DNA of 64,000 nucleotides, taken from the NCBI GenBank assembly GCA_964016885.1, contig OZ024752.1, positions 21,142,001 through 21,206,000 of the forward strand, read 5' to 3'. How positions within the stretch are numbered: the first letter of the stretch is position 1; each line of letters begins with the position of its first letter. The notes under the pieces are model-generated. The model saw nothing but the letters and a program-made list of their open reading frames with translations. It was not told where the DNA came from and made no database searches. Origin of the DNA: Eledone cirrhosa (taxonomy: Eukaryota). A program made the position numbers and the translations under genes. This document shows, piece by piece, positions 50,300 to 64,000 of the stretch.

Positions 50300-50439
50300 G
50301 TTTCGACGGCTAATTCTGGACTAAAATTCTGGACTCAGCCGTAGGGGTCCTACTCGTTCCTATTACCCACTCTACTACCCTAAGTATTGAGTACTTTGGT
50401 GCGTTATGGTCCACCTGGTTCCTTACCACATTTCCTTCG

Positions 50440-50485
<46 letters not shown>

Positions 50486-50672
50486 CGAAGGAAATGTGGT
50501 AAGGAACCAGGTGGACCATAACGCACCAAAGTACTCAATACTTGAGGTAGTAGAGTGGGTAATAGGAACCAGTAAGACCCCGACAGCTGAGCTCAAGCCG
50601 TTTCGACGGCTAATTCTGTCCAGAATTAGCCGTCGAAACGGCTTGAGCTCAGCTGTCGGGGTCTTACTGGTT

Positions 50673-50677
<5 letters not shown>
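50300..50677. mobile_element. Two tail-to-tail PLE-end units around (TA)n, the second with a 116-bp palindrome (50562-50677)
   Basis: About 50335-50441 mirrors 50484-50590; same family as 60118-60321. Confidence 0.75.
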
Positions 50678-50731
<54 letters not shown>

Positions 50732-50737
<6 letters not shown>

Positions 50738-51229
50738 ATACTTTGGGAGGGTCATGTTGCCAATAAGAAACACACGCACCAGTTGCTTTCACTTCAATTT
50801 ATTGTAAATTAAATTTATAAATTTCCGGTTGGTTGGTTGGTTCCACAACCAGACGATTGTTCATATATTGTCAAAGTTCTTTCGTCACACATTCTGTGAC
50901 CTCGTCAGTGACGGGATTCTTTTCTTTGTTTTTGTGCCTCTCCTTTGTTCTGTCCTACGCCATCTTGCTTTTGTATGTGTTGTGTGCTTAGTTTGCGCAT
51001 GTGTTACATCCGGGTGTCTGTGTGTGTTTATATTTGTTTATTTATTTGTTTATTTACATGTCACTGGTTGGTTGTTTGTTCTATGTGTGTGTGTGTGTTT
51101 TCATTTTGTCCTTAATTGTAAGTTGTGATGTTGCTGTTCCATTCATGTTTTCTATTTAATTTTGGTTGGAGTTCATTTATGTTTATTGCCTCTGTGATTT
51201 TCTAAACATTGCGTCTTATCTGTGTGTAG

Positions 51230-51230
<1 letters not shown>
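50732..51230 (-). mobile_element. PLE 3' end/pLTR with minimal HHR at 50870-50912
   Basis: Minus strand guca-CUGACGA-g-gucacagaaugugugac-GAAA-GAAC-UU-ugac; matches 17897-18147. Confidence 0.75.
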
Positions 51231-51276
<46 letters not shown>

Positions 51277-51352
51277 TTATATATACATATATATACATAT
51301 ATATATACATATATATATACACACACACACACACACATACACACACACACAG

Positions 51353-51452
<100 letters not shown>

Positions 51453-51564
51453 GTATGTATCAAGTAGCGAGATGCTGTATAGGACTCGTCCCACCCTTGC
51501 AAGCAGGGAAAAGCGGACGTAAAATGATGATGAGGTTGATGTTGATGTATATATATATATATGA

Positions 51565-53252
<1,688 letters not shown>

Positions 53253-53270
53253 TATTTATATATGTATATA

Positions 53271-56200
53271 TCTTCTCGTATTTAAACTCTGATTACTGTT
53301 ATATGTTAGTTTAATTATCGTCGAATTTGCAGGAGTATATTATAAAAATAACCTTCTAGGTAACTTCCCCATATCCCTCCACCCCGCCCCCACTCTCCAC
53401 CATTATTATTTGGCCCAATCATAATTCAGCGGCTTATAATATGTTTCTCTTACCATTCTCTTTCACAAAACCACCGCCTCGGCTATCACTCCTTAAGTTT
53501 AGACCTGGTTGCCTTTTGATATGCTAGATGGACTGTAGAATTCTGGTGAGTCTGAAGAATCTGGACACTCAATGACAATGCCAAAGATAAAGATAAATTC
53601 ATCTCATGTTGCCGGACGAGAATGCAAGGACTCCTCCTCTTTATTTCGGCCGCGGATGGCTAACATAACCCCATCTCCCTCACCCCTCCCTGCGCCTCAT
53701 CCCTTCCACCCACCAAACGCAATCCAAAACTTCAGAGTTGGTACCATGAATATAGGCACCTTAAAAGGTCGCTCTAACGAGGTTGTAGAGATGCTTGAAC
53801 GTAAGGAGGTCGATGTTTGCTGTATTCAAGAGGTGGAGGGGTGGGTCTGCTAGATTCATTGTGGGTAAAAAACGATGCTATAAACTTTTCTGGGTGGGAA
53901 ATGACAACGGACTGGGTGGAGTTGGAATTATATTAGCAGAAAAATGGGCAGATAAGATAATAGACGTAAATAGAGTGAACGACAGAATAATTAAAATAAG
54001 ACTTGTCTTAAATATAACTACTGTGACAATAATATCCGCGTATGCATCCCAATCCGGACTGCCTGGCGTTATAAAAGTCAGATTCTATGAGTCGTTAATG
54101 CTTACTACCTCCCAAATAACTGACAGTGACTACATCATTATTGCTGGCAACCTAAATAGTAATGCTGGACAACATTGTGACGGCTATGACGGAATCCATG
54201 GAGGCTATGGGTTTGGTACTAGAAATGAGGAAGGCTTCAGAATCCTGGAATTCTGTGACGCTAATAACCTATCTGTAGCACAAACTTAAAAAAACGAGAC
54301 AATCACTTGATCACCTATAGATCAGGGGAACACGCCAGTCAGATAGATTAGATTCTTACCAGAGGACGTGACAGAGTGTCTGTTGTAAACACTAAATCCC
54401 TCTCCCGTGAAGAATGCACCTCCCAACACAGCCTCATAGTTAGCGACCTCATAGTCAGGACGAGACGTACTCGAGAACAGAGGAGGACTACCCTAAGGAG
54501 AAGAATATGGAAGTTAAAGGACCCCACAGCCAGTAACAAATTTAAAAGCATATTACTTGATGCTTTTGACAGTAAGGAAGAGCAATTAGAGACGTACAAT
54601 ATAGAGGAACAGTGGGAATTCCTGAGAGTTAACCTGCTGAAGGCGACAGATGAAATCTGTGGCTGGAGCAGACCTATAGGCAAGAGGAGAGTAATGTGGT
54701 GGTGGAACAGTAAGGTGGAGGAGTCAATCAAGGCCAAAAAGCTGGCTTGGAAAGTATGGCAGCTTGGGGGAAGTAGAGAACACTATCAAGTGGCCAGGAG
54801 GGAAGCTAGGAGACAAGTGTACTTTGCAAGAAGAGAAGCAGAGGAAAGAAAGTTCAAGCATGTTCTACAACGCGATGACCAAAAACGTGAGGTGTTCAGG
54901 ATTGCTAGGTAATGTGTCAAGGAAAATCGTGATATTGTCGGGGAGAAGTGTGTCCGTAATGATGATGGTGTACTTGCCATCACTGATGTTGATAAGAGGG
55001 TAGCTTGGATGTGTCAATACGAGAGGCTACTAAATGAGGAGAATAAATGGGAAAAAGATAGTCTGCCCCAAATCGATCCAATAGAGGGACCAGCAGTGCT
55101 AGTTGATGGTAGTATAAGTAAGGCAATCAAAGATATGAAGACAGGCAAGGCGGCTGGGCATTCAGAGATGGTTGCTAAATGCTGAAAGCATCTGGATCGG
55201 TGGGACACACTATGGTCACCCGAATTAGTAAACCCAGTAATAGAGAATGGGGTCATACCAAATGACTGGCGTAGCAGCAGCATCATTTACTGCTACAAGG
55301 GTAAAGGAGATGCCCTAGATAGGGGAAACTATAGAGGCATTAAATTAATTGAGCAGGTCATGAAGGTCACAGAAAGAGTTATAGTGCAACTAATCAGAGA
55401 GCGAATTCATCTAGATGAAATGTAGTTTGGGTTTGTGTCAGGTAAAAGTACTACAGACGCCCTTTTCATTGTACGACAATTACAGAAGCACCTAGCTAAA
55501 AGTAAGCCCCTATAGTTAGCTGTTGTCGACTTAGAGAAAGCCTTTGACAGAGTCCCCCGCTCTATTATCGGGTGGGCTCTTAGAAAACTAAGTGTTGATG
55601 AATGGCTTGTGAGAGCTATACAAGCCATGTATAAAGAAATAGTCAGCAAGATTAGAATTAACAACGAATATAGTGAAGAATTTAGCGTAAAAGTTAGTGT
55701 TCATCAGGGTTCTGTCCTTAGCCCCCTCTTATTTATTATTGCTCTTCAGGCTATAACAGAGGAGTTCAAGACCGGCTGCCCATGGGAACTTATATATGCA
55801 GATGATCTAACGCTCATAGCTTACTCTATGGCTGAATTAGAGAAGAAATTCCAAACATGGAAGCATGGTCTAGAATCAAAAGGCCTTAAAGTTAACTTGT
55901 CTAAGACTAAAGTGCTAGTATGTAGAAAGGAAAATAGGGCACAGGTGCCCTCTGGGAAATTGCCATGCTCATTGTGTAGGAAAGAAATAGGTAGAAATTC
56001 CATTTTATGTCCCAAATGCAAACTATGGGTAGATAAAAGATGTAGTGGCATCAGACGTAAGCTATCTAAGAACGTAGATTTTATATGTGGCCGATGCTCA
56101 GGTGCAATAAGTAGCATGTGCCCACAGGATACTAGCTCCTTCAATTTCCGAGATGGCTCTATAGAAATAGTGGACACCTTCCGTTACCTGGCTGACAAAA

Positions 56201-57092
56201 TCAGCACAGTTGGAGGGTGCTCTGAAAGTACAGTAGCTAGAGTCAGAACGGGATGGAAAAAGTTCAGAGAGCTTATACCACTATTGACCGCTAAAGGTTT
56301 CTCTCTAAAAATGAAAGGCAGATTGTATGATGCCTGTATGCGAAGAGCAATGTTATATGGCAGTGAGACATGGGCATTGTGTGGAGAGGATCTGCGCAGA
56401 CTGGAGAGGAACGAAGCTTGCATGCTCCGTTGGATGTGTAATAGTAATATACGTGAACGGCAAAGCATAAATGAACTAAGTGAGAACTTAGGAATAAGAA
56501 GGATTAGATGCTGTTTACTCGAGAGAAGACTACGTTGGTATGGTCACGTGATGCGCATGAAAGAGAACTGTATAAAAAAAGGGCAGGGCGATCAAAATTG
56601 ATGAATGTTACTGAGTAGGCAGACCCAGAAAAGCCTTGGACGACTTGATAAATTCCGACCTTACACACTTACACCTCTCTAAGACAATGTCACTGGACCG
56701 GGATCAGTCAGTGGGCACCTCTTAATCAAATATACACCCAGATCCCACTACCCCAATCCCACCCCCACCCCCATCAACACCACTCCTTTCTTTGTAAAGA
56801 TATGTTGGTACCATAACATTCAGTCCTAAATAAATGCGGTTGTGTAGGTGTCACGACAAAAAAAACACGCTGTAATGTCGCCGTGTAGGTAACACGGTAA
56901 AAACCTCCCAGTCCACACTGTAAACGTGGTTGGTGTTAGGAAGGGCATCCAGCCGTAGAAAACCCGCCAGACAGTCCTATACGAGCGAGACAATCAATCT
57001 TGCCTCAAGTGGGACAATTCCCGTCTAAACCCATGCAAGCGTGGAAGATAGACGTTAAACAATGGTGATGATGATGATGATGATGATGATGA
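53271..57092 (+). mobile_element. RTE LINE family A, near full-length degenerate copy
   Basis: 5' UTR, APE (53572-54400), RT with HQGSVLSP and YADD (55609..56601), PHD-like finger, 3' UTR, (GAT)n. Confidence 0.92.
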
Positions 57093-57120
57093 TAGATACA
57101 TATATGTATATATATATGTA

Positions 57121-57196
<76 letters not shown>

Positions 57197-57225
57197 CATG
57201 TATATGTATATATATATATATACTT

Positions 57226-60030
57226 AATAATAAAAGGGTTTGTATACCACAACAAATAGATGACGAGACAGAGGCACAGTTCACCATAGCTAGAAATAAG
57301 ATTAGACAAATAGTAGACCGGTATACTAAGAGACAGAGCAGACCAGAGGTCCAACAACTTGGGGGAAACCTGTAGAAGGCTTGGTTAGCCTCAAGCAGCG
57401 CACAAGGGGTGGTGAGGTAGTATGTCTACCCACGGATAAGTCTGGTAGGATATCAATAGACAGCATGCCGAACTACATCAAGGCTATGCAACCCCACATC
57501 ACCAACAGGAGCGAAATTACACAGCAAATGCATGAGGGGAGAGAGAAATCCTCAACGCTCACATGATGATGTGGACCGACATCCTAAAGCCAAGCAGACG
57601 CACTGCCAACAACTTCCAGGCGTCTAACAATGACATACCACCCTTGTATGGGCTCGGCAAAGACCACAAGACAGTCGACGACCCGACAATAGGACCACCA
57701 ACAAGACCTGTATGCGGAGCAAATATAGCTAGCAACTACAGGATCTCCTAGTTCCTCTCAATGGTTATACACCCCATAATCAAGATGTCCCCAGATATAT
57801 GTGACAGTACAGAGGTCATCCTCAGCAGAATCAATGAGTGCAACAAAAACAAAAACCTATCCAACTGCATAATAGGCAGTATGGACGTGGTGTCACTGTA
57901 CCCATCCGTTAACATTAATATTGCTGAGGAAAAATGTGTGGAGATGATCAGTGAGAGCGAAGTGGAGTTCTGCGACGTTGACACAGATGAACCGGGCCTC
58001 CTACTTAGACTTACCTATGACACTGACTACCTAGACAGCCATGACTTTAGATGTTTCTTCCCCAGTAGACCATAAGAGGTAGACCCCACCATAACCTCAA
58101 TGGCAAAAAAGACACCCATGGTAAGGTGGATTGGGTGGACCAAAGCCATACGGACCCCCCAAAACAATGATCAGGTAAGAAAAATGGTCGCACATACAAT
58201 AGGGGCTAGTATTAAAACTACCCTAAAGGGCCACATATTCAAATTCAACGAGAAGATCTACACCCAAAATGAGGGAGCAGCCATTGGCGCCAGCATAGCT
58301 GGTGATGTTGCCAACCTATTTATGGTATGGTGGGAAAGGAGACTCAAAGATCTCCTTGAAGAGCGCTCCATAGACCTCATCATGTACTCTCGTTACGTAG
58401 ACGACATCAATATAGTAATAAGGACATCCTCACATGAGAGTACTAACAAGTATGATTTAGAATGTAGCATCCAGCAGATAGCTAATTCCATACAGCAGAG
58501 TATAACTGTAACTATCGACTACCCTTCCAAACACCCTAACAGTAGACTACCTGTATTTGACACGGAACTCTGGATTAACACTATAGACGAGAGAGCCCAA
58601 ATTCTCCACTCACACTACGCTAAACCCATGGCCTCCAAATACCTGATACTCAAAAACTCAGCAATGTCCAGTAGTGCTAAGTTTAATATTCTGATCGCAG
58701 ACTTGGTACGAGTGATGAAGAATGTGTCCCGCATGTACGACCCAACTGAAATGGAAAGACGCATCCAACACTTCATCAACCGCATGCAGTTCTCTGGCTA
58801 CAACCAAAGAGACAGAATCAGAGTATACAAAGGACCCTCATAGAACTGGACATGAAAGGAATTTGCCCATTATACAGGAGCAAATCATGGAATAGCTTAG
58901 ATAGGACTAAACATAAGATAGGGAAAGCCATCTCATGGTACGACAACCAGAGATAACAGAGTGTCATGTTCGTGGACACTACCCCTGGAGGGAAATTAGC
59001 TAACCAGTGTAGAAAGGCCATGAGAAAGACCCACTTAAAGATTAAAGTGGTAGAAAAGCCAGGAACTAACATAAAATCCCTGATCAGCAAAACATACCCT
59101 TTTAAGAAAACCAACTGTACTAATAGGAAATGTGTTATATGTAAAGTAAACCCCCGGATAAACTGTAAAACTAGAAACGTAGTCTATAGCATAAGATTTA
59201 CAGAGGGTACTTGCAGAAACATGACAACAACATACATAGGCGAGACAGCTCGTAGCATAGGTGAAAGGATAGACCAACACAGGGGGGAACTAAAAGGACG
59301 AAAAAATGGTTCAGTACTATACAAACACGCCAGACAACAACACGACGGTAACATAGACAACATAGAAATTAGAATAATATCTAAACATAGAAATGACCCA
59401 GCAGATAGGCGAATCAGAGAGGCCTGTGAAATAGAACTTAGAAGGCCAAAGCTAAACAGAAAAAATGAATGGAATAACAACAACATCCAAACAAACAATA
59501 CTAACCTAAGAGAAGTATAAATAAATAAATAAATAAATACATACACAAGCACAATAACAACAAACACATATAAACACACACTAGTAAACTATGATAGAAT
59601 ACAATAACCAAAACACGAACACACATCAAACACTATACACACACGCAAACGCATGCGCAGAGAAGAAGACAAAAATAAATAAATAAATAAATAAACAGAT
59701 TAAATAAAGATGGCGTAGACATACAATACAACAGGAGGAAACATAATAGCACCACTGACGATGTTGCAGATGTGCAACGAAAGAACTTTGTTAGACTATA
59801 TATATGTATTTGTCTATATTATATCTGTATTTTTGACCGTTGGTCAGTCAATGGTAAACATTGAGGACCGAATAAATTAACCGATATAAAAGATACAGAA
59901 GCGAAAACCAACCAAACAGTGAGTGTGTTCTGTTATTAATTCTGGCAATATTATTACAATAATATGACCCTCTCCAAGTATAACAATATTTGTTTCGACA
60001 CACGATTTCATATCAAAAACCTCGCAAAAC
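57226..60030 (+). mobile_element. Penelope-like element (third lineage): nearly complete RT + C-terminal GIY-YIG, frameshifted; pLTR with HHR motif at 59751-59793
   Basis: PTDKSG, PPLYGL.KDHK..GPPTRPVC, GSMDVVSLYPS, QNEGAAIG, RYVDD, PVFDTEL, NVVYSI..YIGETARS.GER..QH, RRIREA, LNRK.E; CUGACGA-u-guugca gaug ugcaac-GAAA. Confidence 0.9.
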
Positions 60031-60031
60031 T

Positions 60032-60117
<86 letters not shown>

Positions 60118-60119
<2 letters not shown>

Positions 60120-60316
60120 CGAAGGAAATGTGGTAAAGAACCAGGTGGACCACAACGCACCAAAGTACTCAATACTTGAGGTAGTAGAGTGGGTAATAGG
60201 AACCAGTAAGACCCCGACAGCTGAGCTCAAGCCGTTTCGACGGCTAATTCTGGACGCTAGCGTCCAGAATTAGCCGTCGAAACGGCTTGAGCTCAGCTGT
60301 CGGGGTCTTACTGGTT

Positions 60317-60321
<5 letters not shown>
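60118..60321. mobile_element. Fold-back PLE end: 126-bp perfect palindrome (60196-60321) plus tail
   Basis: Centred on gctagc; each arm holds the 3' half of an HHR (GAAA-CGGCU ugagcuc AGCUG-UC). Confidence 0.8.
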
Positions 60322-60358
<37 letters not shown>

Positions 60359-60389
60359 TACTTTGGGAGGGTCATGTTGCCAATATATA

Positions 60390-60756
<367 letters not shown>

Positions 60757-60791
60757 ATTTAATTTGTTGGGATTCAACAAGCTTAAAAATG

Positions 60792-60843
<52 letters not shown>

Positions 60844-60899
60844 CCCATGCTAGCGTGGAAAATGGACGTTAAACGAAGATGATGATGATGATATATATG

Positions 60900-60930
<31 letters not shown>

Positions 60931-60932
60931 GT

Positions 60933-61490
60933 ATCATCATCATCATCATCATCGTTTAACGTCTATCTTCCATGCTAGCATGGGTTGGACGGGAGTTGTC
61001 CCACTTTAGGCAAGATTGGTCGGGTTACCGTGTCTCGCTCGTAGAGGACTGTCTGGCAGGTTTTCTACGGCTGGATGCCCTTCCTAACACCAACCGCCTT
61101 TACAGTGTGGACTGGGAGCTTTTTGTCCTACACGATCCTGATCTCGATCTCATTAGTTTGGACTGGATGTTGTGGTACCAACATAACTTTACAGATAAAG
61201 GGAGGAGGAGGATGGAGTTGGGGTAGTGGGTTGGGGTGTATATTTGGTGAAGAGGTACCTACTGACTCTAGGTTTCACTATGTACATAGGCAAGGCGGGT
61301 CTTCTGTATTACTGCATGGTGCCAAAGATCTCGGTCCGGTGACATTTTTTAGAGAGGTGCAAGTGTGTAAGGTCGGAAATTATCAAATCGTCCCAGGGTT
61401 TTCTGGGTCTACCTACTCCGTAACTTCCATCAATTTTAATCGCCCTGCACTTTTTTATACAGCTTTTGTCTTTCATGCGCATCACGTGAC
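60933..61490 (-). mobile_element. RTE LINE family A 3' fragment
   Basis: HVMRMKDKSCIKKCRAIKIDGSYGVGRPRK; 3' UTR and (GAT)n. Confidence 0.88.
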
Positions 61491-61571
61491 ACATGATATC
61501 TATATATCTATATGTATATATATATGTATATATATATATATATGTATACATATATATGTATGTATATATAT

Positions 61572-62947
61572 TTTTGTTTTGAAGGGTTCTTGATATGAAA
61601 TCGTGTGTCGAAACAAATATTGTTATACTTGGGGAGGGTCATATTGTTGTAATAATATTGCTGGAAATAATAACGGAATACACTCACTGTTTGGTTGGTT
61701 TTCGCTTCTGTATCTTTTATATCTCCATAGTTAATTCATTTGGCCATCAATGTTTATCACTGACTGACCAACGGTGAAAAATACAGATATAAATACATAT
61801 ATATAGTCTAACCATGTTCTTTCGTTGCACATCTGCAACATCATCAGTGGTACTAATATGTTTCCTCCTATTGTATTGTATGTCTACGCCATTTTTATTT
61901 TATCTGTTTATTTATTTATTTATTTTTGTCTTCGTCTCTGCGCTTGCGTTTGCGTGTGTGTATGTTTGAGTGTATGTTTGCGTTTGAGTGTATGTTTTTT
62001 TGTTTTTGTATTCTATCTTTGTTCACTAGTGTCTATTTATATGTGTTCGTTGTTATTGTACTTGTGTACATATTTATTTATTTACTTATTTATTTATTTA
62101 ATTTCCCTTACGTCAGTATTGTTTGTTTGGATATGGTTGTTGTTATTCCATTCGCTTTTTCTGTTTATCTTCGGTCTTCTTAGTTCTATCTCATTTGCTC
62201 CTCTGATTTGCCAACCTGTTGAATCATTTCTATGCTAGATATTATTTTAATTTCTATGTTGTCTATATTAACGTCATGTCTTTGTCAAGCGTTTTCGTAT
62301 AGTACTAAACCGCTTTTTTTTTTTCCTTTTAGTTCCCCCCAGTGTTGGTTTATTCTTTCTCCTTGGGGGTTCATTTCACATATAACACATTTCTTATTTG
62401 TACAGTGAGTTTTCTTAAAGGGGTATGTCTTGCTGATAAGGGATTTTATGGTAGTTCCTGGCCTTTCTACAACTTTAATCTTTAAATGGGTCTTTCTTAG
62501 GGCCTTTCTACATTGGTTAGCTAATTACTCTTCAGGGGTAGCATCCACAAACATGACACTCTGTTATCTCTGGTTGTTGTACCATGAAGTGGCTTTCCCT
62601 ATCTTATGTTTAGTCTTATCTAAGCTATTCCATGATTTGCTCTTGTATAATGGGCAAATTCCTTTCATGTCCATTTCTATGAGGGTCTTATATTTCTCAG
62701 TGGCTCCTTTGTATACTCTGATTCTGTCTCATTGGTTGTAGCCAGAGAACTGCATGCGGTTGATGAAGTGTTGGATGTGTCTTTCCATTTCAGTTGGGTC
62801 ACATATGCGCGACACATTGATTGCCAAATAAATTAATTGTGGAGATATAAAAGATATAGAAGCGAAAACGAACCAAACAGTGAGTGTGTTATGTTATTAT
62901 TTCTGACAATATTATAACAATATAACCCTTCCCAAGTATAACAATAT
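61572..62947 (-). mobile_element. Second copy of the 57226-60030 PLE family, truncated and internally deleted, with an inverted tail-less pLTR at 62826-62947
   Basis: 61572-62818 is the reverse complement of about 58720-60030; HHR motif at about 61811-61851. Confidence 0.87.
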
Positions 62948-62971
62948 ATATATATTTATGAGTCATCTTCC

Positions 62972-63015
<44 letters not shown>

Positions 63016-63124
63016 AACATACATATGTCTACTTTCTTTATTTCAATAGAAAATCTGAACTCTGACACCCCAGCGAACTGGCCATATTCACTGAACCAGA
63101 ACAATTCTCCCATCCCATTTCACC

Positions 63125-63560
63125 TGACCATTCTTTTGCTTGTCATAAAATTCTCTAAATGGCTACAAAATAAATTCCCAAATACGGGCGCGGAACTTGT
63201 TCACGTGACAGTCATAATTTCATTTTTAACCAATCAAATTACACTTAAAAAAAAAAGCCTTCGTGAGCCACTTTTTATTGTCATAAAATTCTCTAAAAGG
63301 CTACAAAACAAATTCCCAAATGCGGGCGCAACATTTAATGAACTTGTTCACGTGACCGCCATATTTTTATTTATAACCAATGAAATTACTTTTAAAAAAA
63401 AAAGCCTTCGTGAGCCCCCTTTTTTAAAGTAAAAAGTAATTCAAACACTCATATATGAAAAAACAACCTGAGGACCCCCCCACCTTGTTTGAAGAACTTT
63501 GTAACGTGAACTGGCGCGAAATTTATTATAGCTATTGACCAACCAATCAAATTACTTCTC
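63125..63560. repeat. About 140-bp tandem repeat (two copies plus a partial third)
   Basis: ttgtcataaaattctctaaa.ggctacaaaa.aaattcccaaat.cgggcgc..gaacttgttcacgtgac..aaccaat.aaattac..aagccttcgtgagcc is repeated. Confidence 0.8.
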
Positions 63561-64000
63561 TAAAAACCTGGCGTATCGAGCTGCTTTTTTCCATATAAAA
63601 CAAGTAACATTCGAAGACCAACCAGATGTGAGAAAAACCACAGATCCTCCATCTCAACTCTAGTTTTGAAAAGCAGAAGAACTGCGAAACCGGTAAAGGA
63701 ACCAAATAGATATATATTTAAAAAAAATAAGACTCCAGTAGCATTTTCGATTTCATCTTTTTTTCTTTATATATATATATGTATATGTGTATATATATGT
63801 ATATATATGTATATATAAATATATATGTATATGTATATATATACAGGTATATATATATATATGTATATGTATATATATATATGTACATATATATATATAT
63901 GTATATATATGTATATATGTATATGTGTAAATGTATATATATATATATATATGTATATATATGTTTATGTATATATATAATATATATATAGAGAGAGAGA

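Noticed and set aside
63025-63432. 135-aa ORF with internal repeat
   Set aside because: It arises from the about 140-bp tandem repeat; no domain similarity recognised.

Overview
Gene-free, repeat-saturated animal genomic DNA. The SINE and RTE types and the extreme (TA)n/(TG)n density suggest a cephalopod such as Octopus, but this is inference. No host protein-coding gene is supported. The window is a nest of retroelements: several RTE-clade LINE families (two carry a PHD-like finger inside ORF2; one full-length copy starts exactly at a twister-ribozyme cleavage site), at least three lineages of Penelope-like elements (PLEs, GIY-YIG endonuclease) with many type I hammerhead ribozyme (HHR) motifs, a Tx1/L1 3' fragment, and tRNA-derived SINEs. 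DNA transposons include a complete Tigger/pogo, an 11.7-kb hAT shell swollen by nested insertions, a deleted FLYWCH-MULE, and possible Helitron/Helentron pieces. The most notable signal is a recurring architecture inserted in (TA)n: an inverted repeat, usually holding an HHR, with one arm extended by a tail. In seven loci from sequence-unrelated families that tail starts, 4-10 nt past the point where the tail-less arm stops, with the same covarying bulged hairpin ACUC-[stem-loop]-UY-GAGU. This is a candidate conserved RNA element for positioning reverse-transcription initiation. All coordinates and alignments were read by eye.
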